The notes under the pieces were generated by a model, which saw nothing but the letters and a program-made list of their open reading frames with translations, searched no databases and had not been told where the DNA came from. A program made the translations under genes and the position numbers. From positions 178,622,001 through 178,686,000 of the forward strand of contig OX597815.1 in assembly GCA_951406725.2 (NCBI GenBank): a stretch of DNA of 64,000 nucleotides, read 5' to 3'. Source of the DNA: Octopus vulgaris (lineage: Eukaryota). Shown here one piece after another: positions 49,661-62,937 of this stretch. The first letter of the stretch is position 1. Every line of letters starts with the position of its first letter.

Positions 49661-52600
49661 TTTTTTTTTTACATGATATACATATGTGCATTTTTTGTAT
49701 TAAATGTATTCAATATTTTTGGCATATTGACTTGCCTAATTTGCTTGTCCTTACATTTATTCCTCTACCCACTCAAGTTTAAATCTCTTGAGCACTACAA
49801 AGAATACCTGTCTCTAATCTATAAACTATATATACATACAATTATACATATTATATGTACTTATACATACATACATATATATATATATATTCATCCATAC
49901 ATAGACTTGACCACCATGCTTCACTGCTAAATCTACAAGTTTTTTTTCTCTCCCTCTCTCTCTGTTTATTTCCTCTTATTCCTTTCTGTTGAACAGCATG
50001 GGCTCAAAATGTAAAGGACTTTCTCACATTCCCAAGCGTCAAACTAATACACTTTCTTGTTGTTCATACACTTGTCTCCATCTTTTGTTTTTCTATAAAT
50101 TTCAACAATACACACTTAAACATAACTTCGAATTATATGTGGTTATTGACAATTCTAAGTCTATTTCTTGGCATATTTCGCATAGAAATTTTTTTTTCTT
50201 TTGTCCTTATTTATAAGTTTTTTTATAATTTTCACCTTAAAAGGTATTTTTTAAATATGCTGGCCACTGATAAAGTTTTTTGAAAATTTCCTTCTATATC
50301 AGATATATATATATATATATCTACACATACATCTCTCTCTCTATATATACATATATATATATTTATACTTATACATACATATATGTATATATACTTATAC
50401 ATACATGCATATATATATATATTGGATCATAGAGTGACTCGCTGTTCTTGAGGAGACTTATTGAGTCAAGTACGTCAACACCAGCATCAAAATAAAAATC
50501 AAATGGAAATTGTAGTTAAGATACCCGTGCCAGTGACACGTAAAAAGCACCGTCCGAATGTGGCAGATGCCAGTGCCGCCTGACTGGCGTCCGTGTCGGT
50601 GACATGTAAAAGCACCAACCGATCGTGGCCATTTGCTAGCCTCTTCTGGCACCTGTGATAGTGGCATGTAAAAAGCACCCACTATACTCACGGAGTGGTC
50701 AACGTTAGGAAGGGCATCCAGCTGTAGAAATACTGCCAGATCAGACTGGAGCCTGGTGCAGCCTCCTGGCTTCCCAGACCCCGCTCGAACCATCCAACCC
50801 ATACTAGCACGGAAAACAGATGTTAAACGATGATGATGATGATATATATATATATATATATGCTTATAGATACATAAACATATGTACATATACAAACACA
50901 TACACACACACACATATATATATAATGCATACACATATACACACACGTCACATTGGTATATATATATCATTAATATTCTCGAAGTATGCAAAATCAATAA
51001 GGATCACCTGCTTATAGATTTTCAATATTCTCTCCACTAAATGAATATTTCAGTGGCAATAAAGCTCATGTTGAATGTAACAAACTCAGATCTCTTTCTT
51101 TCTCTCTCTCGTATGGACTAATGTCTCCATGAGTTACTCACCTTCACTTGCACAGAATAATAATTGATTACATGGAATCATCATCATCATCATCATCGTC
51201 ATCATTTAACATCCGCTTTCCATCATGGCATGGATTGGACGGTTTGCCTGAGGGATGGCAAGCCAGGAGGCTGCACCAGGCTTCAATCTGATCTGGCAAG
51301 GTTTCAACAGCTGGATGCCCTTCCTAACACCAACCACTCCGAGAGTGTAATGGGTGCTTTTTACATGCCACCGGCATGAGGGCCAGTCAGGTGGGCCTGC
51401 ATTGGCCACACTCAAACAGTGCTTTTTAATAATAATAATAATAATGTTTCAAATTTTAGCACAAGGCCAGCAATTTTGAGGAGAGGGCAAGTCAATTACA
51501 TTGACCCTTCCCCCACCACTTCCTACATGATTTCTACTTCAATTTACTGACACCAAAAAAGGCAAATTCCACCTTGGGAGAATTCCGATTTCAAATTACG
51601 CCATGGTGGACTTTCCCTTTCGTCCTTTCAGGGTTGATGGAATAAGGACCAGTCAAGCACTGGGGGTTGATGCAATCAACTGACCCTCCACCCCACTTAT
51701 AGTGGAGAGGGTGGGGTAGAAAGCAAAAAGAAAAAAATAGTCCTTTCTACTGTAGGCACAAGGCCTGAAATTTTTGGGGTGGAGACTAGTCAGTTGCAGC
51801 GACCCCAGTGTTTCACTGGTACTTAATTTATCGACCCCAAAAGGATAAAAGGCAAAGTCGACCTTGGTGCAATTTGAACTCAGATTGTAGAGCAACAGAC
51901 GAAATGCCACTAAGCATTTTACCCAGCATGCTAACAATTCTGCCAGCTTGCTATCTTCAAAAAAAAAAAAGGTAATAATAATAATGATAAAAAATAAATT
52001 CCTACCAAATTTCAGTAGCAGTTCTCAGTAGCTAAGCAACATGAAAATTATAGAATTAAATACTGTCAGAAGTCCATAAAAATATTCCTCAAGAATTATG
52101 AAGTCTCTCCCATTATACAATGCAATGGTCACTTGACTATTTGGGGGGGGGGGGGAGGGAGATGAAAGCTGGAAGTTTTCTACAAAAGAAGTTTCAGGAA
52201 TTTTTTTGTTTTTGTTGTTTCTTTTCTCTTTTTTGACTCAACTGGATAAGTTGTAATAATTGTCTGGATACGGTGAGAGATTGTGTTGCTGAGCTTCAGT
52301 GGATTGAAGCAATGTGGCCATAGAATATGTTCTTAGCTTGTCTAAATAACAGAGATGCAAATGTCAAGATAAGATTCCCCAGCAGAGCAATGCCATTTTC
52401 ATTAACTTTAACAAAAAAAAAAAATAGAAATAGAAAGAAAAAAATCAACCATTTCTTATTTCTTTATTACCCACAAGGGGCTAAACACAGAGGGGACAAA
52501 TAAGGACAGACAAGGGGATTAAGTCGATTACATCGACCCCAGTGCATAGCTGGTACTTAATTTATTGATCCCGAAAGGATGAAAGGCAAAGTCGACCTCG

Positions 52601-52694
52601 GCGGAATTTGAACCCAGAATGTAATGGCAGACGAAATACTGTTAAGCATTTTGCCCGGCGTGCTAACGTTTCTGCCAGCTCAACAATTTCTTGT

Positions 52695-53137
52695 ATTAAG
52701 AATGCACCAGTGCACCACACCTCCTCTAAACACAAGGGAGACCCAACTGGACCTATCATGATTGCTCTGGATGCTGGGACTACAACCACTAAGGACGTCT
52801 CCTGGCCAAAACACATCCTTAACATAGCTAAGATTATATCTCAAAGCCTGGCCCTTCTCTTCAGAGCCAGAAAATATTCCAACCCCCAACGGTCGCTGAC
52901 ACACTTCAAGGCTCAAAAGAAGCTAACAATGAAGCATTGGTCCCCTGTAGGGGACATCAGGCAGTACACTTGATGCCACCCTACTTTATTTTTTTCTAAA
53001 CTCGTTAACTGTTCACTTTCTGTGCATTATTCTATCTACTGTTCATACCCTTTCTGGGTACTTTTTCTGATGAGTTGTACTGCACCTGAGCACTGTATAC
53101 AATAAGTTCATTATTATTATTGTTATTATTATTATTA
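52695..53137 (+). mobile_element. CR1/L2-group LINE fragment with (ATT)n tail
   Basis: VSWPKHILNIAKIISQSLALLFRARKYSNPQRSLTHFKAQ resembles the post-RT LSW..HI..IAK...L.R...YF...Q...LYKAQ region. Confidence 0.65.
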
Positions 53138-53566
53138 CCTGTGTTTTGTACCTCTTCTCCTCAGGTACTTCAACCCAATTGTCTTTCCACTTGTCACCAC
53201 CCTTGCTATGCTTCATCCTAACAACCTAAGTACCCTACATTTACGGGTACTTCTAGTGTTTGCGCCAGAGGACATCAGTCCTTTGAAATCTTCCTTCACA
53301 TGTCTTTCTTATCAGTTTAAATGGGACAATGATGACATCAGGTTTACTGGTCCCAAAGGACTTACAAAGGTCATGCACACTGTCCCTTTCTCTAGGCTCA
53401 GAGGCTAAGACTTAAGACTGCATCCAGTAGTAGGGCATTGGTACAAGAGTTCCAAGGTTTTGAGGAGTGTGGAACCACCTTTTAGCTGTTACTGTTCCCA
53501 GGTTTACTCTGATCTGGAATAATAGCACCTGTTATGTTTTCATAGCTCCCATGGTTACTGAGATAA

Positions 53567-53982
53567 TCTACTATAATAATACTCTTGTATTTATGAATGA
53601 GAAAGGAAGGGGCAATACATTAATAAGGAGGGAAAAGGTGATGTGATACTTGGTAGTGGGATGATGAAAATTGTACGCTGAAAAAAATAAATCAAACATC
53701 ATTTCAACTCTGTGTGAATATATGTTTGTATGTAAAAGGGGGGTATGTGAATGTATGTGTATATGTGCGTGCAATGGAAGTGGTCCGGTTCATCTTTGTT
53801 TAGTATTTGGGTTTATTTTTTTGTTGTTGTTGCTCAGTTATTTTTAGCGTTTTGACAGAAAAAAGTTATTCTAAAATTGTTTTTTAATGTAAGCATGCCC
53901 AAACAAGTCGAATGCTTACGCAGAGCAGGTTTTACAGCCACATCATCCAAACCAACCGAGTGAAACTGGGCTTAGCTGCTAG
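53567..53982 (+). mobile_element. Non-autonomous Helitron-like element
   Basis: A|TCTACTATAATAA start, CCGAGTGAAACTGGG hairpin remnant, CTAG|T end. Confidence 0.6.
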
Positions 53983-54387
53983 TTATATTTATAAATATTT
54001 TGTATTAATGTTTTACCTAAATGGTTTATTACATGCTGGCTACTTGATAAAATCCTATATAGACTTTACCATTGATTATAATGATATACATATATATAAA
54101 ATATTGTTAAATAAGATTCAAGTAAAAACTTTGTAGAATGTTATACAAAGCTCATCCACAATTATTGGCTACCTGATGTCATCATACAATGGGAATGCAT
54201 CAATGGTTTGTTTTGTTTTTTGTTCATTTCTTTATTTCTGTATTTTGATTATAATTGTATTTTGTCTGTCACTATGTCCATGGGTTTAGTTTTGTCTGTA
54301 AATTGCTGAAAATGACACACTGCTTTGGGCATGCATTCTCAAACTAGGTGAATTGATGGCAGGATCAAACAAAGAACTTATTTAAAC

Positions 54388-54495
54388 AATCACCTGAAGA
54401 GTTGCATTTTACACCTTGGATGGATGATAATGATTACACAACATCTCACTGGTATACTACAAGTGTAAAAATATGCTGAAACAATTGTAGAGATT
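54388..54495 (+). ncRNA. Type I hammerhead motif
   Basis: AATCAC-CTGAAGA-...TTTTACAC...GTGTAAAA...-GAAAC-AATT-GTA-GAGATT. Palindrome ACAATTGT, base of stem II imperfect. Confidence 0.65.
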
Positions 54496-55166
54496 TTAAA
54501 TAAATCATGTTATTCATTCCATTTTCTACTGTTCGTTTATTTATATTTAAAATAATAGATTCTCTGACTCTGCAACAAGCACTCAAGTGCTGCATCAATT
54601 TGATTCTTGGGAAATAAACCCATATTCCACAGACGTGAACCGAATTTACAATCCAAAGAGAGATGAATTGACTCTTGTGCTGGAATTTCAACTATGAAAG
54701 GATGAAAGGCAGACTTTACATTGGAATGGCAAAGAACTAGAAGTACTGCTATCAAGAGACACCATATCCAACACTCAAAGGATTATCAATTTTCCACAAA
54801 AAAAAGGGTAAGATTATATATTACCGTCATCTTAGCACTGATCTGATATGGAACAAGAACAGTAAATTGATTGTTAACATTTTAATCTATGCATTTATCA
54901 CTTGTCAGGCAATTGAAAATACAGTGAAATTGCATCACCTTTTCCACACTCAATACTACATGTTCAGTTGCTTTTTAACTGAACATTTTCTGTCTCCACA
55001 AGTATCTCGCTTACTTTGCAGATAGTTCAATAACTTCTTAACACCAGCAAGATCAGCTAATTTTACATATGCACAACAGAGCAAGGATCCACACCTCCAC
55101 ATCATATTTTCAACAAAAATTAACCTGTAGTATACAAAGAAATAATAAATACTACTAAACATTATC

Positions 55167-55558
55167 CTTTTCTACTCTAGGCAAGAGACCTGAAACTTTT
55201 GGGGAGGGGGACGGTCGATTAGATTGACCCCAGTACAGAACTGGTACTTAATTTATCAATCCGAAAGGATGAAAGGCAAAGTTGACCTTGGCAAAATTTC
55301 AATGCAGAACGTAAAGACATGAAATACCTATTTCTTTACTATTCACAAGGGGCTAAATACAGAGAGGACAAACAAGGACAAACAGATGGAGTCGATTATA
55401 TCGACCCCAGTGCGTAACTGGTACTTATTTAATTGACCCCCCAAAGGATGAAAGGCAAAGTCGACCTCGGAGGAATTTGAACTCACAACGTAATGACCGA
55501 CGAAATACCGCTAAGCAGTTCGCCCAGTGTGCTAACGTTTCTGCCAGCTTGCCACCTT
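55167..55558 (-). mobile_element. Dimeric SINE (same structure)
   Basis: Same junction position. Perfect 14-bp TSD TACTAAACATTATC. Confidence 0.85.
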
Positions 55559-56235
55559 TACTAAACATTATCATACCAACCAGTGTGGTCCAAATGCTAT
55601 AACTCAAAGCCTGAAAGTGAATTTGGATGGGTATCATGTTTAATATAATTTATATAAAGAATCTGATTTGTTTACACACACACACACAGTGGGTAGATGA
55701 AGTGTATGTGAATGAAGAAGGTACTAATGTGTAATATTTTTCTGCTTGACAAAAGCTTGTTTTTTTTCAGTGTTACGCTTATAGCAACCTTAACTATGAA
55801 ATAAAATTGAAGACAGAATCAAACTCTTCGACATACCAAATCAGGTTCAACTGTTACCCTTTAAACAAGCTTAATTGTGGAACGAAAGTGACTGATGCAA
55901 ATATATGCTGAACCGTTGTGTGTTAATTGCTGACCTTGACCGAGATGCTCACTGCCAAGGACCTAGTTGCCTGATAAAAAAAATCTGTTGTCATGGGTTT
56001 AATGTAGTTCTCAAGGAGATTCAATATGACACAGAATGTGACAAGGCTGACCCCCTTTGAATTATAGGTACAATTCTTTTCCTCCAGCTGAGTGTAAATG
56101 ACTCCTAAATAAAACGATATTTGTTTCAAAATATGGTATATAAAGTGAAACCCTTGCTAAACATACGCATGAACACGTTGCATTATTCAATTTTACTTCA
56201 CTGTAAATTCTGTTAAAATTAGATATTTTAATAAA

Positions 56236-56631
56236 TCTCTCTGTCTGTATATAAAGCTGAAGTTGTCTGTGTATGGCAGGTTTGGTAGCCTTCAACTAAC
56301 AATCTCCTCCGAGACCCTGCGGCGCAAGTTGACCAAAATTGAGAGTATGATAGAAGAAGGCTTGCTCTTCCTTCCGTAGAAGAAAAAATTCAAATCAGAC
56401 CATGTTAACACCAAAAATTATTTACATCAAAAAGGTGCTTTTTTTCTATGAAAATCCTTATTTTTTAACGATTTTTTTTACTGTTGTATCACCATTTTTC
56501 GGTGTATTTCAACCAGAAAAATGTTCACTTAAAGAGAATAACAAGCTACATAATGCAAAATTTTTACTTTTCGAAAATTCCAATTCTAAAGGGTCAAAAC
56601 AAACCCAAGCAACACCAGGCGATACTGCTAG
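56236..56631 (+). mobile_element. Non-autonomous Helitron-like element
   Basis: A|TC start, decayed subterminal hairpin CCCAAGCAACACCAGG, CTAG|T end, no TSD. Confidence 0.7.
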
Positions 56632-57125
56632 TACTTTATAAACCTGTTAACAATAATCTTCTCTACTCTAGGCACAAGGCCTGAAATTTTGGGGGAGGGG
56701 GCCAGTCAATTAGATCGACTCTAGTACACAACTGGTACTTATTTTATTGACCCTGAAAGGATGAAAGGCAAAGTCGACCTTGGTAGAACTTGAACTCTGA
56801 ACATAAAGACAGATGAAATACTGCTAAGCATTTCACCTGGCGTGCTAACGTTTCTGCTTGCTCACTGCCTTAAACCTGTAAATAATAATGCTTGCACTTT
56901 CTGCTCTCACTCTCTCTTCCTTGCAAGTCAATACCATCAATTAACAGCAACATGAAATCAAAGACAAAATTAAAATTTCTAAAAAAACATGGCTTGCTAC
57001 TAAGAAATATTGATCTTTATTTCATGTTTTAATATTCCTTCATTTACATCAAATAAAATCAGTTTTCTTATTTTTAACATTATAAAAAAAAAAAAAACTA
57101 CTTCATGATAAAATCTTTAAAAGTG

Positions 57126-57156
<31 letters not shown>

Positions 57157-59770
57157 ATACACATACATACATACATACATCATACACACACACACCATTT
57201 TCAAAACAATAACATTAAAAAAAAAAGATTGAAATCAAACGTCTTTAGAACCCCACCCCCCTCAAAATACACGTATTTTTACCGATTTCAATCATTGGAC
57301 TGTGGCCATGCTGAGGCATCCCCTTCAATGGTTTAGCTGACCACATCAGTCACGGTAATTATTTTAGTCTTGTACATATCGACCTCCTTTTGTTGAACTG
57401 CTAAGTTACAGAACAAAGTGACAACACAGACAACACTTCTTAAAATGATGTAAATATTAATACAGGGACTCTCACCCACACATGTAGATCCAACTGGCTC
57501 TTCTTGTACAGTTTCCCACCCACCCCATTCTGCTCACAAAGAGTTGGTCAATTGAAACCTGAAGTAGAAAACAAGTCACCCAAGATGCTGGGCAGTCGGG
57601 GGGTCGGAGGAGAAAATATTTGCCAGTCAAAAGGGGTTGTGCAATAAATTCAAATCTGGAATCTCAATCACACACTTAGCTTTTACTTGTTTCAAGTCAT
57701 TAGACTGTGGCCATTCTGGGGCACTACCTGGAGGAAGTTTCAGTTGAGTGAATCGACCCTAGGACTCCTTTCTTGTTTTTACAGCCAGGTACTTATTTCT
57801 ATTGGTCTCTCCTGCTGAACCACTAAGTTATGGGGGATATAAACACACCAACACAAGTTCTCAAGCAGTGGTGGTGGACAAACACACACACGCACACACC
57901 CGACAGACTTCTTTCAGTTCCCATCTACCAAATCCTCTCACAAGGCTTTAGTCGGCCCAAGGCTAGAATAGAAGACACTTGCCCAAGGTACCATGCAGTG
58001 GGACTGAACCTGGAACCATGTGGTTGGGAAGGAAACTTCTTACCACACAACCGTGCCTGCACTTATTATGCAACATTGCTTTCTTCCATAGGTACAAGTC
58101 CAATTTTTGTGTAGGGGCTGGCAGGTATATTGTTGATAAAAACCTCTTCAGGAATTACAGAAGATTATTGTAATGGGGCTGATGTAATTAATCCTTGACT
58201 GATGAACTGCAAACTTGGACCCAAGCAAAAATAGAGATTGTAGAGGGAGACCAAGTTCCATATTTCAGCTTGGCACTCTACCATTTCTGGTAACTCAACC
58301 CCCTTCAAGTTACATGTAATAATAATAATAATAATAATTAAATATATCATTCATGGTATGTTGGTATCTGGACAACAAATTTTAAGCCAAATTTAAGACG
58401 TAAAGTGCAATCTAATTTTTGTCCTCAATTCTCTTGAAAAATATTTATATATTAAGTATAGCTTAAATTCTACGGCCGAGTTTGTGTTGCATTTCACAGA
58501 TAAGTTTCCAACTGATCACAGATCTCTTGTGTATTATGCTAATAATAATAATAATAATAATGATGATAGTAATAATAATGATGATGACGGTTTCAAATTT
58601 TTGCCACAAGGGCAGCTTGGGGGAAGAGATTAAATCGATTGCATTGACACCCCAGAGTGTAACTGGTACTTAATTTATTGACCTCGAAAGGATGAAAGGC
58701 AAAGTCAACCTTGGCAGAATTTGAACTCTGAACATTAGGACAAATAAATTGCCACTAAGCCTTTCGCCCGGCATGCTAACGATTCTACCAGCCCACCACC
58801 AATAATAATAGTTATAATCTTTTCTACTCTAGGGACAAGTCCCGAAATTTGGGGGCAGGGGCCAGTCAATTAGATCGACCCTGCCAATAATAATAATAAT
58901 AATAATAATCAGTAGAAATTTGACAAATTAAATCAAATTCACCAGAATTTACTGATGGAAAAAAAAAAATGGTAAAAGAATTTAATTTATTTCCCATTTA
59001 ATCAAAATTGAGTAGAAACAAAAATGAGAAACAAACAGAAAGACTGAAACGATGCTTATAAGCATCCTTTTAGAATCAAAGACATAGATATAAATAAGAC
59101 TTCAGTGGAGGGGAGGGGCAGAGGCAAAAAGGATTTCTTCCCTTCAACCTGCTGAAAAAGATACGAGTAAAATCAGTAAACCTTTTATTATGTATTAAAA
59201 AAAAAAAAAAAAAAAATTGGAGAAAGTGAACTTAGCAATTCCAAATAGCTTCACAAGTTGACATTATTGATGGACAGGACACACGGACACACATACACAA
59301 ATAAAAAATAATTTACTTTCAGTTCACAAAGAAGGCTTAAACAGAAAACAGTAATGAGAAGAGAGATTATTTCTTAAATATATTTGAGGTTTTAAACAAA
59401 AGACAACCATCTTGCTTCGGTGAGCAGCATGTTCGCCAGGGACAGCATACAAAATTAGAAAAGTCAACTACCTTCACCTGGACACTGCACTCAATAATAA
59501 TAATAATAATAATGATGATGATGGTGGTGGTGATGATGATGATAACAGTAATAGTTTCAAATTTTGGCACAAGGCCAGTAATTTTGGAGGAGGGGTGTAA
59601 GTCAAATATAGTGACCCCAGTGTTTAACTGGTCCGTATTTTATCAACCCCAAATAAGATGAAAGACAAAGTCGACCTCGGCAGAATTTGAACTCAAAACA
59701 TGAAAGATTGATGAAATGCTACTTAGCATTTTTGCCTGGCATGCTAACAAGTCTGCCAGCTTGCAGCCTC

Positions 59771-59821
<51 letters not shown>

Positions 59822-60198
59822 TTCTAGATTTGGCATGAGGCCACAAAGTTGTGGTGGAGGGTTGTTGCCTATTGTGGAGGCCTAATCCATTACTCAATTA
59901 GAACTTGCTTTTGCCTTCGAAGGCAAAAGACAATCCTGATAAGATTTTAATTCAAAGAGATGAAGTTTCCAGGTAACTAAATACACCAAGATATTCAGAA
60001 TGATGCTGCCTACCATTTCAGCCACACTTCATCATCAATAATAATTAGTGAGGATGAGGATGGGAGCAAAGACAAGGATTATTTTAAATAAAACTGAAAC
60101 TGTGTTCCTCAATTCGGCATAAGGGGGACAGCCGAAGGTTCATGTGAGTAACTGACCTCCACCACTGAGGATTTCCAAGGACCACAATAATTGCAATG

Positions 60199-60231
<33 letters not shown>

Positions 60232-60647
60232 CTCAATTTCTGTTTGAATTTTCTTCTTTTTACTTTGAGTAAAGAAAATATTTTGGTTCTTTATATTTAC
60301 TGTTCTTCTCCCTTCAAACACACACACACACACGCATGCATAAGAAAACAAAAACATTTTAACAAACGACAAGATGAACATGAACAATCGTAGATATGTT
60401 AAATTAGTGGAATACTTTACAAACTTCTTTTTTTTTGTTTTTGACAATGTCAGTGAACAAATTGTTTATAGTAGAAGAGGGGGTATATTCCCCTACCCCT
60501 CTTGTACCGTTTCACCCACCCCCCTTTTTTTTTCCATGAAGGAAATAGTATATTGTCTTTCAAACGAAAACTGCATCTACATCATTAAGAATCGAAGAAT
60601 TATGTTGATGTTTAACTAACGATAACGTTAGTGAAAACTCGTTTCCA

Positions 60648-60723
60648 TCAAGAGTCTATCTGTGGAACCACATCACCAGCATTTATCAGACTTTCTGCCT
60701 GTTCTCTGTCCAGTTCTCGCATT
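60648..60723 (-). CDS. Probable terminal coding exon of an unidentified upstream gene (MRELDREQAESLINAGDVVPQIDS*)
   Basis: Strong acceptor tttaatttttctttttctag, phase-2 frame open to TGA, non-repetitive sequence. Protein not recognised. Confidence 0.55.
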
Positions 60724-61021
60724 CTAGAAAAAGAAAAATTAAATAAATTATTTATTCAAGAGGAAAGAAAAAAAAAAAAAAAGATATCTGAGCAATTATG
60801 TCTATTTATGCATGCAAGGACAAAGACGCTTGTACATCTGTAAACACAACTAAAATGAACACGACAAAAAAAAAAAAAAAAAAACGTATTGTTCTAGCAA
60901 ATAAACATCTTCAGCTACAGAACCGTTGAATTCCTGTAAATCTTGCCACAACATGAAATTTCATAGAATGAAATATAATTTCCCAAGGGGTTCCAGATTA
61001 CATGGAAGTCAATGGGAAATG

Positions 61022-61330
61022 TGGAGGCACATGGCCTAGTGGTTAGAGCAGCGGAGTCCTGGTCGAGGGATCACAGGTTTGAATCTCAGACTGAGAGATG
61101 TGTGTGTTTATGAGCGAAACACCTAAGCTCCACACGGCTCCGGCAGAAGGTAATGGCGAAACTTCTGCTGACTCTTTCGCCACAACTTTCTCTCACTCTT
61201 TCCTCCTGCATCTTGCAGCTCACCTGCGACGGACTAGCATCCTGTCCAGGTGGGGAACCTATACGCCAAGGAAACCGGGAAACCGACCCTTATGAGCCAG
61301 GCATGGCTCGAGAAGAAACAAACAAACAAA
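61022..61330 (+). mobile_element. tRNA-derived SINE with V-domain-like motif and (AAAC)n tail
   Basis: TGGCCTAGTGG A box, GGTTTGAATC B box, CCTGCGACGGACTAGCATCCTGTCCAGG motif. Truncated sibling at 23272-23495 (-). Confidence 0.75.
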
Positions 61331-62937
61331 ACAATGGGAAATGCGCTTCACTTTTCTGTCAGATTTTCAGAAATGCAACTCAATTTGAAAAAGTGAAAAC
61401 TAATCCATATTACATCACAAGGAAGTGTATATGTCATGCCTTGACCTGCGATTAGCTTCAATAATTCTTTCTTTATTGCCCACAAGAGGCTCAAACAAGG
61501 ACAAACAAAGGTATTGAGTTGATTACATTGATCCCAGTGCATAACTGGTACTTATTTCATAAGGCGGCGAGCTGGCAGAAATGTTAGCACGCTGGGTGAA
61601 ATGCATAGCCGTATTTCGTCTGCCGTTACGTTCTGAGTTCAAATTCCGCCGACGTCGACTTTGCCTTTCATCCTTTCGGGGTCGATTAAATAAGTACCAG
61701 TTACGCACTGGAGTCGATATAATCAACTTAACCCGTTTGTCTGTCCTTGTTTGTCCCCTCTACGTTTAGCCCCTTGTGGGTAGTAAAGAAATAGGTACTT
61801 ATTTCATCGACCCTGAAAGGATGAAAGGCAAAGTCAACCTCGGCGGAATTTGAACTCAGAACGTAACGGCAGATGAAATACCGCTAAGCAGTTCGTCTGG
61901 CGTGCTACCGATTCTACCAGGTTGCCACCCTCAATATTAAATGGATGAAAGTATCCATCCGTGGGTAGGGCACTCGCCTATTACCTTTCACTTGTTTCAG
62001 TCATTACATTGCATGGTCATGCTGGGGCACTGCTTTCAAGGATTCTTAGCTGAATGAATCAATCCTCAGCTTTTATTTTTGTAAAAGCTGATACTCATTT
62101 TATCATTCTCTATGCTGACGAGCTAAGTTATGGAGACATAAACACACCAACACCAGCCATTAAGCATACACACACACACACACACACATTTATTTTGCTT
62201 AGGCATTGTGAGACTCTTAACCTGGTGTAGAACTCAATATGTGTGTGCTTCAGAACAAAGTGTTACAGGAGTATAGAGTCGTCATCATCATCATCGTCGT
62301 TTAACGTCCGTTTTCCAAGCTAGCATGGGTTGGACGGTTCGACCGGGATCTGGGAAGCCAGGAGGTGCACCAGGCTCCAGTCTGATCTGGCAGTGTTTCT
62401 ACAGCTGGATGCCCTTCCTAATGCCAACCACTCTGTGAGTGTAGTGAGAACTTTTTAGGTGCCACTGGCACAGGTGCCTGTGCCAGGGGAGGCTGGTAGC
62501 AACCACGATCAGTTGGTGCTTTTTATGTGCCACCGACACAGGTATCACAACTACAATTTCCATTTGGGTTTTTGATGTTGATAGTGAAGTAATTGACTCA
62601 ATAGGCCTCCTCAAGCACAGCAGGTCGCCCTACAATCCAATGTAAGCACAGCAGGTGTTAGGAAGGGCATCCAGCCATATAAAACCATACCAAAACAGAC
62701 AACTGGAGCCTTGTGCAGCTCCCGTCAAACCATTCAATCCAAGCCAGTGTGAGAAACAGACATTAAACAATGATGACGAATCCTGAGACACAGTAAGTTT
62801 AACATAATCTTTTTCTGGGGTTTATCAAAAGCATAACTTTCATCCTCTAGGGTGCACAAGGATATAATTTCTTTTTAAGCAGCATCCACCATGCCAAGAA
62901 ATATGGTGTCTCATACTGTGGTTGAGGATCTAGAACT

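Noticed and set aside
53060-53110. CTGATGA plus stem as a hammerhead
   Set aside because: No GAAA follows the stem. It is part of a LINE 3' UTR, with a similar sequence near 20020.
60109-60447. 112-aa ORF
   Set aside because: It is built largely from microsatellite and poly-A runs and probably lies in a 3' UTR.
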